A DNA stretch of 64,000 nt from Lingula anatina (taxonomy: Eukaryota; Animalia; Brachiopoda), in contig CM120642.1 of the NCBI GenBank assembly GCA_051362555.1, forward strand, positions 6,324,001 through 6,388,000, in the 5' to 3' direction. The notes below the pieces were generated by a model. That model worked only from the letters and a program-made list of their open reading frames with translations. It did not search any database and was not told the DNA's origin. Of this stretch, positions 49,344 to 61,740 are shown one piece after another; within the stretch, counting starts at the first letter, position 1; each line of letters begins with the position of its first letter. Both the position numbers and the translations under genes were made by a program.

Positions 49344-52300
49344 ATATAATTTCTCATTCTTGACCTGTATTAATCAGGTATCTAATTACAGTACTGAATA
49401 AATAATTCAAATCTTAGAGAATATATTCCAGCACATTTATTAGAATCTTTTTGAATTTGTCATAATAACAAAAATTAAATCAAATATGTATGGGGGGGGG
49501 GGGGGGGGATCTAATGTAGTCCATTTTTCACTGATTAATTAATTAATGTATACAATTTTTCCAATACTTCAGTTTCTGTTCTCCTCCTTTCTTCAGATTG
49601 TCCAAGGCTTCCATGAGGTTCCTGTTCTCCTGCCCCTTGGAGTTCAGAGTTCTGGTCAGGTGCTGGATCTCATCTTCCTGAAGCTTGAGCTGATCTCCCT
49701 GAAAAAGAAAACAAAAACAAGCCCAAGGTGTGGTCCTCATAGAACTAATGGCAGAAATGGTCTACTTTTTGCCTGATAAAAGTGAAATCTTCTTTGGAAG
49801 CTTTCATCTGTTACCCTTGGCCTTGATCACTCTGATACATGACAGTGATGGTGTAATTTTTCAGCTTGTGTTTGATAATTTTCATTTAGGAACTCAAGAA
49901 GTTCTGCCCTCTGTGTGTCTAGTGATGATGATGATAATGTAGATGATTATGTGCGTATACTTATGTGAGTTTATGCCGGAGTGTGTGAGGGATTTGTTGG
50001 AATGCCTAGTGCATAAAGCAATCAACATCTCTCACATTTTTAATGTATAGCTTTATATCCTAATTATATCCTTTTTATCAGAAGATTCTAAGCTTGAATT
50101 TTCATGATTACCATGTTTTGAATATTTAACCTTTCTGGTGGATAAAAATGGAACCTTATACAAATATTGTACATCCAAGCTAATTATGATGCTCCATATT
50201 TTAAATTCTGAATTCATTATGAAACAAAAAACATTCTTCACTTACCCTTGCTACATTCTGTTCTTCTATCTTAGCCATTTTCACAACTTTCCCCAGTAGC
50301 CTCCTGTTCCTGCGTGCATGCATCTCACGCTTGTGGCGTTCGTACATCAGCTGGTTGTGAAGCAGGAGCGTGCGGCCTTTCAAGATGTTGATCTCATCTG
50401 GAGGTGGCAATCCTAGAATGAAACACTCATTTTAAAAACTAGAACTAAGGACCCCCAAAATTCATTTGTTTATACAATAGAATCTACATAACTCATCTTA
50501 TAACTGGAATAATCATTATTGTAAATCTCCAATAAAACCTTGTGAAATGGACTTTTTTTCACATTAGCTATGGACATTGCTTGCATAATTGTCCTTAAGT
50601 GTTTGAGTTATACATTGTCGATTGTATTTGTAAAACTTTTAATGAAAATTAAACTTCTTAAAAATAAAAATCTTATTTATGAACATTACCATAAATTGAC
50701 TGACAATACGCAATACACAGCATTTGATTCCTTGGGATGCTTTCAAATTATATTCGACCACTTTGTTTACATATCTCTTACATCATCATATCAACTCTAG
50801 ATAAATGATATGCTATAACCCATCTGCTTAAGAACTACTGAAACTCATGCTAAGTGAATTCTATAAACCAAATAACTACAAAATAATGTTCAATTCTAAC
50901 ATGAACATGGTTACTTGAAATGTAAAAGCCCATTCAAACAACAGCTAAAGATCATTACCAATACACCTTCACACTGAAATACATTAAGTATTATAGTGAT
51001 AATAATTATGATTTTTAGCTGTGTGAAGTGCTATTATTGTGAATCTGAATGCATAACACAGCTGATGAAATTCTTTGCCAGTTGTCACTGATTTTTCCAT
51101 TCTATGAGGAATAAATCAGACCAATTTTCCTCCACCATGACCCATTTGCTAACTACTATAAGAATTTGCAATCTAACCTACCATAACCAGACTTCCAACC
51201 AACATTTCATATTTTACTTGGAATACACGTTAGGGGTTATCCACTTTTTTTCATCATTTTCAAGAGTGTTCCTTTACCAGACCCCCTCCTCCCCCCCCCT
51301 TTCAGAGTGTACAAGGCCAAAAGCAAAAAATGATAACCTTTGACAGCATGATGGATAATCATTTTCCTTATTTTTCAAGTGTACAGAGGGCAGTAGACTT
51401 GTGAAAATGATGATAAAAGTGGAAGACCCTTCTAACTAAAATTAAGTTACTGATAGCTAGCACCTTTTAACTATATGCAAACCTCCAACTAATTTGAAAA
51501 ATTATTAATATTTTTTTGATTGTAAAGTACTGCAAATTGCCTGGCGAGTTGTTAAGGATATTTTCTACCAAACCATAACAACACAAAGAATAATTTCAAA
51601 TGACTGACAGACAGAATACCTTTACGTGCATCTGTAAAATAAACAAAGAAATGCAAAATAAAATACGGCAAAGAGAAGAAAAATTTAACACAACTATTAT
51701 TGATTCAACAAAGAAACAAAATATTTATATCAATTTCAAAACCAAGTCAAAAATAAAACAGAGTGAAAGACATTCTGCAAAATAAGGTTCAACATAAAAG
51801 TTTGTCAAGAAATAAAATCCAAATTGTGCAACAATAATGAGTGGTTGGTAGAAAATAATCATCCTTAAGTTGAATTATGATATTAAAACATGCTATTAAT
51901 GTGTAAAAAAAGAGATCTTAAGACCAACATCCATTCCTAAATAAATAAATCATAACATAAAGCTTTAAATAAGTTAATGTTAGCAAAAAATTTACTTAGG
52001 TCAAAAATATAAGAAATTATTGGGACAAAAATCAAATACTGAATCCTAAGAAAAAAACTTTTAAAATAAAAAGCACCTGGCAGAAAAAAACTGGGTGGTG
52101 AAATGGTCAGAATCAAATTTTTAATATAAGTTCCTTGCCATTATAAGTCAGTATGGTAAAAAGGTTTACTTAAAATTAAAAAGAACACCTTCCCCCTTTA
52201 AAATTACTGACTTCAGGCATCCAAGCCTTATATAAATAAGTCTAAAAAAAGCAGTCGGTCATGCTGTGAGCACAAGAAGCCCCCGTGTACCTCCAAAATG

Positions 52301-55300
52301 TGTCCAGTTCACATGCTCCAGGTTGATGAGGGAGAGATTTCTCACTTCTTTAGCATGCGTCTCACCTCCTAGCTGGAGGTGGCGGTCTAAAATCTCAGCT
52401 GGAGAGAAACTGGCATACATAGGAAGCTCTGTGCCTAAAAAAAAAAATAGTGAATTTGAACAGATTCATTTCATATCAAAATTTTTACATTATCTATAAT
52501 ATCAAAGTTTCATATTTTCTAGACTATCCGTAGGAAAGGAATGCAGGTTTAAAACATGCATGTGGTGCATTTATTTGAAATTCTATGACCTTCTTAATTT
52601 TCAAGAATCTCTGCTATAGAGAAAGTGGCACCTAATGGAAAAGGAATGAAGCTTTTGAGCATTACATTTTAAAAGTTCAAACATTCTCTCAGTAATTTTG
52701 GTGGCAGCTATCTTGGATTCTAAGCTACTTTTGCAATTCACTTCATTCCAAATTCAGCATGTTCATTAATCATAGTGGTAAGGCTCTGAGATAAAATTAA
52801 TGTACCTAAAAAAAAAAGCTGAAAATTCTTGTTTAACATCTTTAAAACTTGACCTAAAGACTACAAGCTACATAATACAATACAGTAACTGTAACAATCT
52901 TTTCATGGCAAAAAAAACGGATACGATTAGACACCTGACCATACACACCTGGTAGACTAGGGGTGGTTCTGCTGTGTGCTGTAGGCTGCACCAGTGTGCT
53001 GTCAGCAGTTAAATACACTCTCTCCATACACGACTGACACGGCACCAGGGGGGTGTAGGGCAACGCAGTCGGCCACAGGTGTTGGTACGGAACTGCCGCA
53101 TCCCCATCGGTGGTACTGAGACTCGTTCTTGAGGCAGCATGCTGCAGTAGGTAATAGTTAGCCAGGGTGTCTTGTGAGAGAGATCCCAGCATGCCTGTTG
53201 TCGTCATGGCAACATTTGGCAAAGAGCCAGGAACAGACTGTGCAGATGTGACGGGAATTCCTATATCCATGCCTGGCAAATTAATTGAGCCTGAAGAGGA
53301 TAAACTTCCCTTTCTAGCATCCATGGGAACACTGGTCGTTGTCAGAGTAACTAAACCAGAACTGATAGGCTTAGTCTGAGTGACTACCAAGACAGGCTGT
53401 TGGGCGCCTCCTGCATATATATCCCCAAGCTCAGTCTCTGTCTGTTCATCAACCATCATCATGGCACTGGTCTTTTTCCCAGGGATGGCTGCCTCGTCAA
53501 ACTGACCCGTCCTCTCTTCATCAGCCATCTCAGGACAGGAAAGTGACCTGGAGCCTCTTTGGATTGACATGGATTCTTTGAGCTTTTCACGGTCAATACT
53601 CATGCTGTTGAAGCGTATTCTGTTGACTGTTTTCATGAACTGTGCCACGGATTGAGCTGTAAGTTCCTCACTGCCATTTGGGCTGTCACCATTTTGTGCC
53701 TCAGCATCACTCATTTCTTCTTTGCTTTCAGATTCCAAGTCAAACTCAATCTTGTTGATGTCACATATCTCTTGATCTGGAAAAGTTCTAACTTTGATAT
53801 AAATTTTCCATATTTTTTCTATCAATACTCATCAATAACAAAAATTAAAGGTAAAAAAACAGTTTTCAGGTTGAAGATGAATCAATAAAACAGCATTGCC
53901 TGTGGATAATTCGTGAGCTAAACAGTGAGGGAAGTAGCAAAGATTATATCTTAAATCAAAATAAATATTGTAGGTAATAAAATGAATAATAAATAAATTA
54001 ATAAATTAGTCACTAAATTAATCATAAATAGCTAAGCACCTTCAGCATCATGCATTTCCACAGCAGAACCATGATCTGATAACTTCTCAATTACATGTGG
54101 CAAGGACTTTACAGAAAGGTTTGACATGCTGTCACATGACTTCTTCATCAGCTCCTCCTCAGCCGTTTCCTTCACACCATCTGACACAGATGATAAATTT
54201 AGGGTCAACTTGACCTCTGAACTCTCTGCATGAGGTAAAGATCCCTCCCTCTGATGTGCAGGTGGGATATTGGTTTTCTCACCATTAATGTCAGAGGCTT
54301 TGTCATGGTGAACACTGAAACCTGACTGGATCGGCTGTGTTTCTGTAAGTTTTGATACTACCCTGATTGTCTCAGTTTCAGATGGCGTCTGTGTTACTTC
54401 AGGACAGGAAGTTGGTATGTAAGGTTTACTTGGTGGACTGGAGGCTATAAGTCCTGATGATGACGCAGTTGTTGTCCTCAGTTGGGAAACCAGATCCTTC
54501 TTGATGGGAACTCCAGCTGAGGCTGAGGCAGACACAGCTGTCTTATTCGCTGCCAAAGCCTGCGCTGTTGCAGCAGTCTCAGAGTTAAAACACTCCAAAG
54601 TATCTTCAGCCCTCTCCAGTGGGGCATCTTCCCTGAAGGCTAAAGTTCTCTTTGCAGTGACAGGTGGCTTTGTGGTGAAGTCTCTCTTCATGGGGGATGC
54701 TGGGATACTGCTGTCAGATAGAGGCTTGTCCTGCGTGGGGGTGGGGGTCTTAGGATGGAACAGCTTCAGTCCTAGCTTATTGGTCTTGGAGTCTCCAGAC
54801 AGGGGGTGCTGGGTGGTCCTACTGTGGGTCCTCCTGGACTCCGAACCCCTCTCCTCACTGGGAGGTGTAGTACCCCTGGGGGTGTCTACGGGCGTGGCAG
54901 CAGGGGTGGTAGGAGTGCCTAGAGATTAACAAAAGAACAAGTGAGTTTATATTTAGTATTTTGGTTCTCGCAGTATAAAATGCAAGGTTTAATACATTTT
55001 ACACAATTATTTATCAAATAGACATCAGCTATTACTTAATTCTTGTGTATTCAGAATACTTTATAAATAGCAATTAAGGTGAAACAAGAAGAAAAAACAA
55101 CAAAAACAACAACACCAACAACATCATCAACAACAACAGTACTTGTGGTTAACCCACCCTGATATGACCCCATCATGTCAGAATGGCTGTGAGAAGGTGT
55201 CACATCCTTGGAAGAAGGTGGGGGAGTTGACAGTCCACATGTCATGGCTGGGGACCACAGTAGGGTCTCTGCACCACCAGCAGAGGGAGGGGGGATTGAC

Positions 55301-58300
55301 AGGAGCCCCTGGAGCTGTGAGGGTGGGGTCTGGTGAGCCGGGTGCAGCACTACAAAGCTAGGGACCTGTTGGCTAGGCAGCTCAGCTGGAAGATGAGAAG
55401 TATCCAATTAACAATACTGGCTATATTGTGTATAAAAAATTTCTCTTCATTGCATGACCAGTGCATTGGCAGTCAGACTAGCATGCCTCAGTCTCTTCTA
55501 TAGACATAAATTTCTTCCTACCTGTGCACTGGTAGATTTAGTAAAACAAGCAGGAAAGGATGGGGGCACACATTGATAAATTTCACTTGCAAAATTAAAA
55601 ATTTAGACAGTCAATAATTACAATAATTATTATAATAATGCATAGAGATGGCTAATGCCTCTCGATTTTGTCTCACTTCAGTTGTTACACTATTTATTGA
55701 ATGGGAAGGGGGAGGGGGGCAAGTCAAATGAGTATCTGTGAAGTTAAAGAAATAAGTTATGGACTGGTTGTACCTTGAGAAGATATGGACATCCTACTGA
55801 TACTGCCCTCCCTGTATATATTGTGATCCAGTGGAGAAATGGTGTCCTGTCCACACAGAGGTCCCCAGATTGGACAGCTGACATCTTCCTTTGTCCCCTC
55901 TATGGGATCCAGGGACATCTTAGCACAGTCAATTATGATGTCATGGGTCTCCATGGTCTTCCATCTGAAAATGGAAGTGAAAGCTAAAGGAGTTTCATTC
56001 AGTGAACTCTAGTAATATGTTGGCACAATTTTAGATAATTTCACTGGGTCCAATATTTGATTGCAATCCAAGCAAAAAAAGACCCTCAGAACTTTTATCA
56101 GTATGGAAAAGAAATTTTGTATATTTTCAGTGTATACCAGCTTGTGTAACTGTTGCTATCGACTTATTTTGCATTACTCATGAAAAAATGTTCAATTTAT
56201 TGCCAACTGACTTTTCTTTATTGAAAATTGGCTAACGAATACTTTGAAAGTTTAAATGATAATTACTCTCCTTCCTCCAGACATTTCACTAATGCATAGT
56301 TCTATCACTGCCATCTGTTCCGTCAACAAAACTGCAAATCATTTCCTTAAACCTAATTAATTTTACCTTTCTAAGCTCAACTCATAATCCTTGTTCCCCA
56401 GAATCAAGAGAGGGTGAATTCTAACCTTTTCTAGCATGGGCTGAAGATTTAAAAATAAAAATCAAATAAACCATACTTTAAACTGAGCACACATTTTTCT
56501 TATAGAATTTCAAATGCACCTTTCATCATAGCATGGCTATTAAGGTGATATGTAGTTCAAGAGAATTGTGTTAAAATGGGAGAGTGCGGCAGTGCCTACA
56601 TTAAATTTCCCAAAATAAGTAAAATATCCACTCTACTCTTTATTTTCTTCATAGAACCAAAATAATTAAAAGAAGGCCAAAATAAACATTAGAGTAGGGC
56701 AAGGAACACATAGTTATTAACCTGGACTGTGGATTTGAAGACCTCTTGATTCTCCGACCTGGTGTAGAAAATACGTAGATATTCCACAAAGTTGACAGGG
56801 TACATTCCATATAACCGGTGGAAGAGAGCATACACCCCAACATTCAGATGAAGAAGATAGATATCTGGTACATTTCCTGTGAAGAAACAAAATTAAACTG
56901 GGTCATGAGACAACCTAATTTCCAAAGCAGAGTTTATCAGGTCAATGACCTGGATAGTTACCTTGGATTGTGTGTGCGTGTGCCTGGATGCATGTGCGTG
57001 ATCAACATGTGGTCAACGTATTATAAATGAATTAGAGAAACACTTAAATCAATATCCAAACTCATAAAGAGAACTTGCCAGGTTTTTTGTTGTTGAAAGA
57101 AGCCAGCCTGCTGAAGGCATCGAATATTGACGGCAAATACGGGTGAATTCTCACTGGCTCCATGGGGAGGAGAGAGACAATGGCTAACAGGGCAGACATC
57201 AAGATGGGAACATCAGTGTCCGTCTGAAGTAAACAGATATATCAATATGTAAAGCACTACATTAAAAAACAAATATACACCAGGTTGCTAAGTGCCTGTA
57301 CTCAAATTTGCATATTTAATTCCATGTTTTTTCTACTGATGAATTTCATCCCCATTTAGAACACAGATATTTAAAACTTTAGATTTTTATTTCATTTCTT
57401 TTCAATCTTTAAAATTGTTATTACTCATTACAACAGAGAAAGAAAGGAAAACGAAAAGTGAAAGGAAAAAAAAAAAAAACAAATGAAAAAAAAACAACAA
57501 CATTATTTAAATCAGTTCTCACCTTAAGACACTTGATGACTGCCCCTAAGATGGGTTGTTTGATAATCACAGGGAGCCAGGCAGGTTGTTTTATAATGAT
57601 ATGCCCCAGCAGGGTCAGGGTGGGCAGGCGAGTCTGGATAGCCTTCATACAGTCATTCAACTTCTCAAACAGATGCTGAAGGAAAGATGCTCTAATGAAA
57701 TTGTGTTGAAGATGTTTCGTTATAAAAATACTTTAGAATTTAAAAAGGGAAGTGTTAACATTCTATTTTCTTGAATTATGCATGTGGTGAATTTCTTCAA
57801 TGACTCAGGGATAAAGATGCTTCTCTTCTTAAATTAAAAAAATATAATAAAATATATAATATGAGATATAAAATATTATCAATAACAAAATAAGTGCATG
57901 GTATTAAGTCTGCTCAAAATGTTTATGCCCACCCCCAAAATTTCTCTTTCATACAAATGTGAGCAATTAAGCAAAAATGTGTGTGTATATTTGCATATGT
58001 ATATGATTGTAGTTGAAGTGCATATGCATTTGATTAAAAATGTGTGAATATGTTTGTGTGTGTCTGCATGTGTGAGCATGCACTCCGATGTATATGTGTA
58101 CTTACTACAGCATGAGCATCCCCGATATTGGTCAAGATGTCCAATGTCTGCTCTGAGTTTGTGGTCATGTAATAGTCCACCAGTCCATTGAGAAGCCATT
58201 GGTACTTCTCCTTGTCTTTATCTACAAGAAAAAAATAAAAGAAGGCAATTCAATTAAAAAAAATAATAATAAGTTCCTGCAAATTTTTAAACAAAAGTTA

Positions 58301-60783
58301 TAGATTGACAATTTAATATTGTTATGATGAATGATATATTCTGATCTACGGTGATGGTTAAAAAGATGTCCTGACTCCATAATTATTCTACACATATACT
58401 GTACAGTATGTATCATATATATCTGTATACACCTAAGGGGCAATATCATTTATCATCATCTTATCTTTTCACTATCCATCCATTCAGTAGGAGTTCCAAA
58501 TCACCAAACAAAATCACAATGATCTTATCATTATTCAATAACATATTTCAGATAGTTGTAAATAATTAAAATGGAAAATGTAAAAATATTAAAAACAAAA
58601 ACATATCCCATGTTACTCTTGAGGGTAATGTCCTATACATCAAGACTTGTTTAGAAGGGCCTAATCTGTTGACATTTGGCATGTGAGTTGAAGTTATCAC
58701 CTTGGCAGACATCCAGCAACATGTGAAGATAGGCCAGGGTCAAGTTTGTGTATAGATAAGTGAAATCTTGACACAATTCCGGTGACCTGGGGTCAGGATC
58801 ATAAAAGTACTGTAGCCCCCAAATCGGTCTTAACATTTAGTCCAAATATTTAGTCTACTTCAGTTCAAGATAAGTCCTTTGAAGTCCACATTAGCAATGT
58901 CTTTCTTGCACAATATTTACTTTAATTGCACTACTATTTTGTTTTCAAAGTGGACTCATTTTTCAATCAAAATCAATTTGTTAAACAGACCACTGGGAAC
59001 AATTCAAGAGAAAACAGAGCAATATGTTTGTTTAACACACCAACTAAGGCAATTTAAATAATTTTTCTTCTGTGAGACAATTAATTATAACTGCTTTTTA
59101 CCAAGTTCACACTGTCCAACCAAGTGCCTTTTATCATCTCCACACAAAATAAATCATTTTGCATCTAAAGGGCATAATATGTCAGCAAGCCACTAAATTA
59201 TCTAGGCTTGGGGGTTAAATAAATAACCTCTGATGTATTTATAATCGATAACACAACTGTGAAAGTAACAGACAGTCAATAAATCTTGGCCATTCTCCAA
59301 CAAGATGCATATAGATATATTACAGTTAAAAATATTGCTTCACTGAAAAAACTCTTTTTTTTTTAAATTTACAGCACCTACTAGTATCTTTTTCACAGTT
59401 GGTTTTTGCATTGGTTTCCTTGAGGGAAATGTCTGACAAACCATCACTAAATATATCATTTGTGGGTGTGCGTGTGCGTGTGTGTGTGTGCATGCGTGCG
59501 TGAATGTGTGCAAATGTACTATTTTTTTTTTGGGGGGGGGGGAGGAACAATTTTGTAAAATTAAATAAAACTATTAATATTTTTCTCAGAAGTGCAGTGC
59601 TTGCGAAGTTGTTGTTATAGACAAAGAAAAGAGGCCAAGGATGAAAGATAAGTAACAGCCTACTTAAGACAGATAAGTTCTTTGCTAAGTCAATAACATT
59701 TTTTAGTAAACAGGCCCACACATATTCAATGCCTTCTTTTTATTAAGTCAGGTATATTCTTACGTTCACTGAAAATTCTTTCACGTACTTCTCTTTTTTT
59801 TTTTTCAAAATCAAAATCTACATTTCTAGTAATTTTCACCCAAAAGTAATAAAATGAACTGATACAAACATGTATTACGTATGATGAAGTCAACCTTTGC
59901 CTCTGTTTGCATCTCCAGGCTGACAGGAGAAATGTGATAACTGCCAGACCTGTCTAGACAGTGGTTCTATCATGAGATCTGGAGTTATTTTTATTTTCTA
60001 AAATGCTTGAAGGCAATTCAGGTTACCCACCCTAAGCATCTTCCCACATCCACTCTCCTAAAGGCTATGTAGTTTTTTTTTCTTTGGCATTATGTTGACT
60101 TATAGTATCTGTTCCCACTATTATACTGTTAAGATTTATGTAAAAGTAAAATCGCACACTATGAATACTGCAACATTTGCCATTTTACAGTACTTTCCAC
60201 CTTGAGAAAGTATTTTCCCATCATAAATTTTGTTCACTTTTTAAATTTTACAAAATTATAGGAATAAACCAGTGTGTTTCATCTAAAATCTGACAAAGTG
60301 CATTCTCAGAAACTTAAGTGGAAAAGTTGTGTGCAGAAAAGACATCATGGAACAAAAATTCTAGCTCTAATTGTTTTAAGTTATTTTTCTATTTCATATA
60401 TTCAATCTTCATGTTATCCACACCTTCTTTTACTAGACCAACAGTTTCCGTTGCTCACTACTCCAAAATACCAGAGGTAGGCAAATTAAAGGCATAGACT
60501 GATATACAATATATAATATATATTTCATTTTTTTGTAATATTTAAAAATAAATAAATAAATAGATAAAAATCCAAGAGCTTATTAAATCCAGGCAAGTGA
60601 TTATAAAGTGAGCTTAGCTAAACAATTAGCACAATAGTCACCGTACTACTCACTTGTGCTATGTTTCAGTGTGTCAACAATGACATCCCTGATCTCCTTC
60701 CTAGCGTCCAGGCTGGAGGAGTCCAGCAGATCAAACCTGACATATTGCTCTGTGTCAGCGCCACTGGGCTGCTGGGCGGCCAT
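46048..60783 (-). CDS. TSC1: Hamartin (tuberous sclerosis complex subunit 1), 19 coding exons, ~1526 aa
   Basis: Minus-strand exons: 60783-60654, 58221-58106, 57675-57523, 57223-57079, 56876-56722, 56440-56367, 55964-55774, 55385-55158, 54918-54040, 53776-52949 (donor could be 52940), 52434-52291, 50412-50246, 49698-49568, 49220-49124, 48699-48604, 48187-48046, 47581-47424, 46986-46872, 46679-46048 (TAG); intron phases are consistent. Diagnostic motifs: [109 protein letters not shown], followed by a coiled coil. Confidence 0.96.
49297..49345. repeat. (TAAA)n microsatellite
   Basis: Read directly from the sequence. Confidence 0.95.
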
Positions 60784-61019
60784 TACATTCCTAGAAGGAA
60801 AAGAACGGGGACAAGTATAAGTTGGGTATATAATACAATGTATGTACTAAGGAATAAATATGTAAGTAGGGAAAAGGAATAAAAAACATTTGGTTTGTGC
60901 TGCTTTACCATGTTTTCTTTCATTTTTTTGGGGGGAGGGGGGGAGAACGTTGACAAGGGTTAGCCCCAAAACTTGTGGGCCACATCCTCCCCCACCCCCC
61001 ACCCCACCCCATTAATACC

Positions 61020-61740
61020 ACCACCACGCACCGATCCCCCAATTATACACACGCATCGATTTTCAGCAAGATTGATGTAAGAGTAAAGACGACGTCTGAG
61101 TGTCAGATATAGGACATCTGCCAACGCATAACAATTCAGTAACGTAGACAAAGTATAGGCAGTACAAATGTTAAGCTAATACGCGCTATGCATGGGCATG
61201 TGAGCATGGAAAACACAAATTAGCCGGTGTAAATCGTGAAGTTAAACAAAATGCTGTCGCTGACACATTACGGCCCGACGAACGACTGTACTGTAGGTTA
61301 TATTTCTTTTCTGCATGCTACCGAAAATATTTCAATTGAAGAAACTCAACATGTGTAACAATTCGACTGATTTCATGACTGTCATATCCTACAATTTACA
61401 GCATTGCTCAAATAAGGTAAATTTTAACAAAAAGTCTGCTCACCTGCAAAATCTTCACTCGTGACCGTCCATGTTACATCACGCGTGGTTTTACGAGATT
61501 TCAGATCGAAGGCGGCCATGTGAAATTCGCATTGGTTTCGTTTCGGTTTATTTTGTTTCACACACTTTGCGTTTTTGCATTGACATGGAACCATCTCAAA
61601 GCCTCCAAGAAAGGGAGCGTCTCCAGCAGGAGATATTACAGATTCGCCAGGCTCTCCAAGCGACAGATGACGTTGAGAGCGATGATGAAGTCGAAGAAAA
61701 TGACGTCGCCGGAGAGGTGACGGGGAGTGACCGTGAAGAT
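61020..61740. promoter_or_regulatory. CpG-rich bidirectional promoter region shared by TSC1 and SNAPC4
   Basis: CpG dinucleotides rise sharply relative to the CpG-depleted remainder. Divergent gene starts; YY1-like CATGGCCGCC on - at 61511-61520. Confidence 0.75.
61444..61519 (-). other. TSC1: Putative 5' leader exon of TSC1 (5' end/TSS undefined; shown from the upstream ATG to the donor)
   Basis: The first coding exon is preceded by an acceptor (ttccttctag, exon starts 60790), so an upstream exon is required. A strong donor CAG|GTGAGC lies at 61444/61443 inside the CpG-rich region. Confidence 0.7.

Noticed and set aside
49815-49910. Possible 96-nt cassette exon on - in a TSC1 intron ([13 protein letters not shown]...)
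   Set aside because: Contains an in-frame TGA, the acceptor lacks a pyrimidine tract, and the flanking exons already join to give the conserved [12 protein letters not shown].
54501-54929. 142-aa plus-strand ORF (also 53167, 46068-46694 and 49546)
   Set aside because: Antisense to TSC1 coding exons; no independent gene signals.
59895-59919. Possible 25-nt exon on - in the first coding-region intron of TSC1 (tttctcctgtcag|...AAG|gttgac)
   Set aside because: Weak donor, frameshifting length and no supporting features; such matches are expected by chance.
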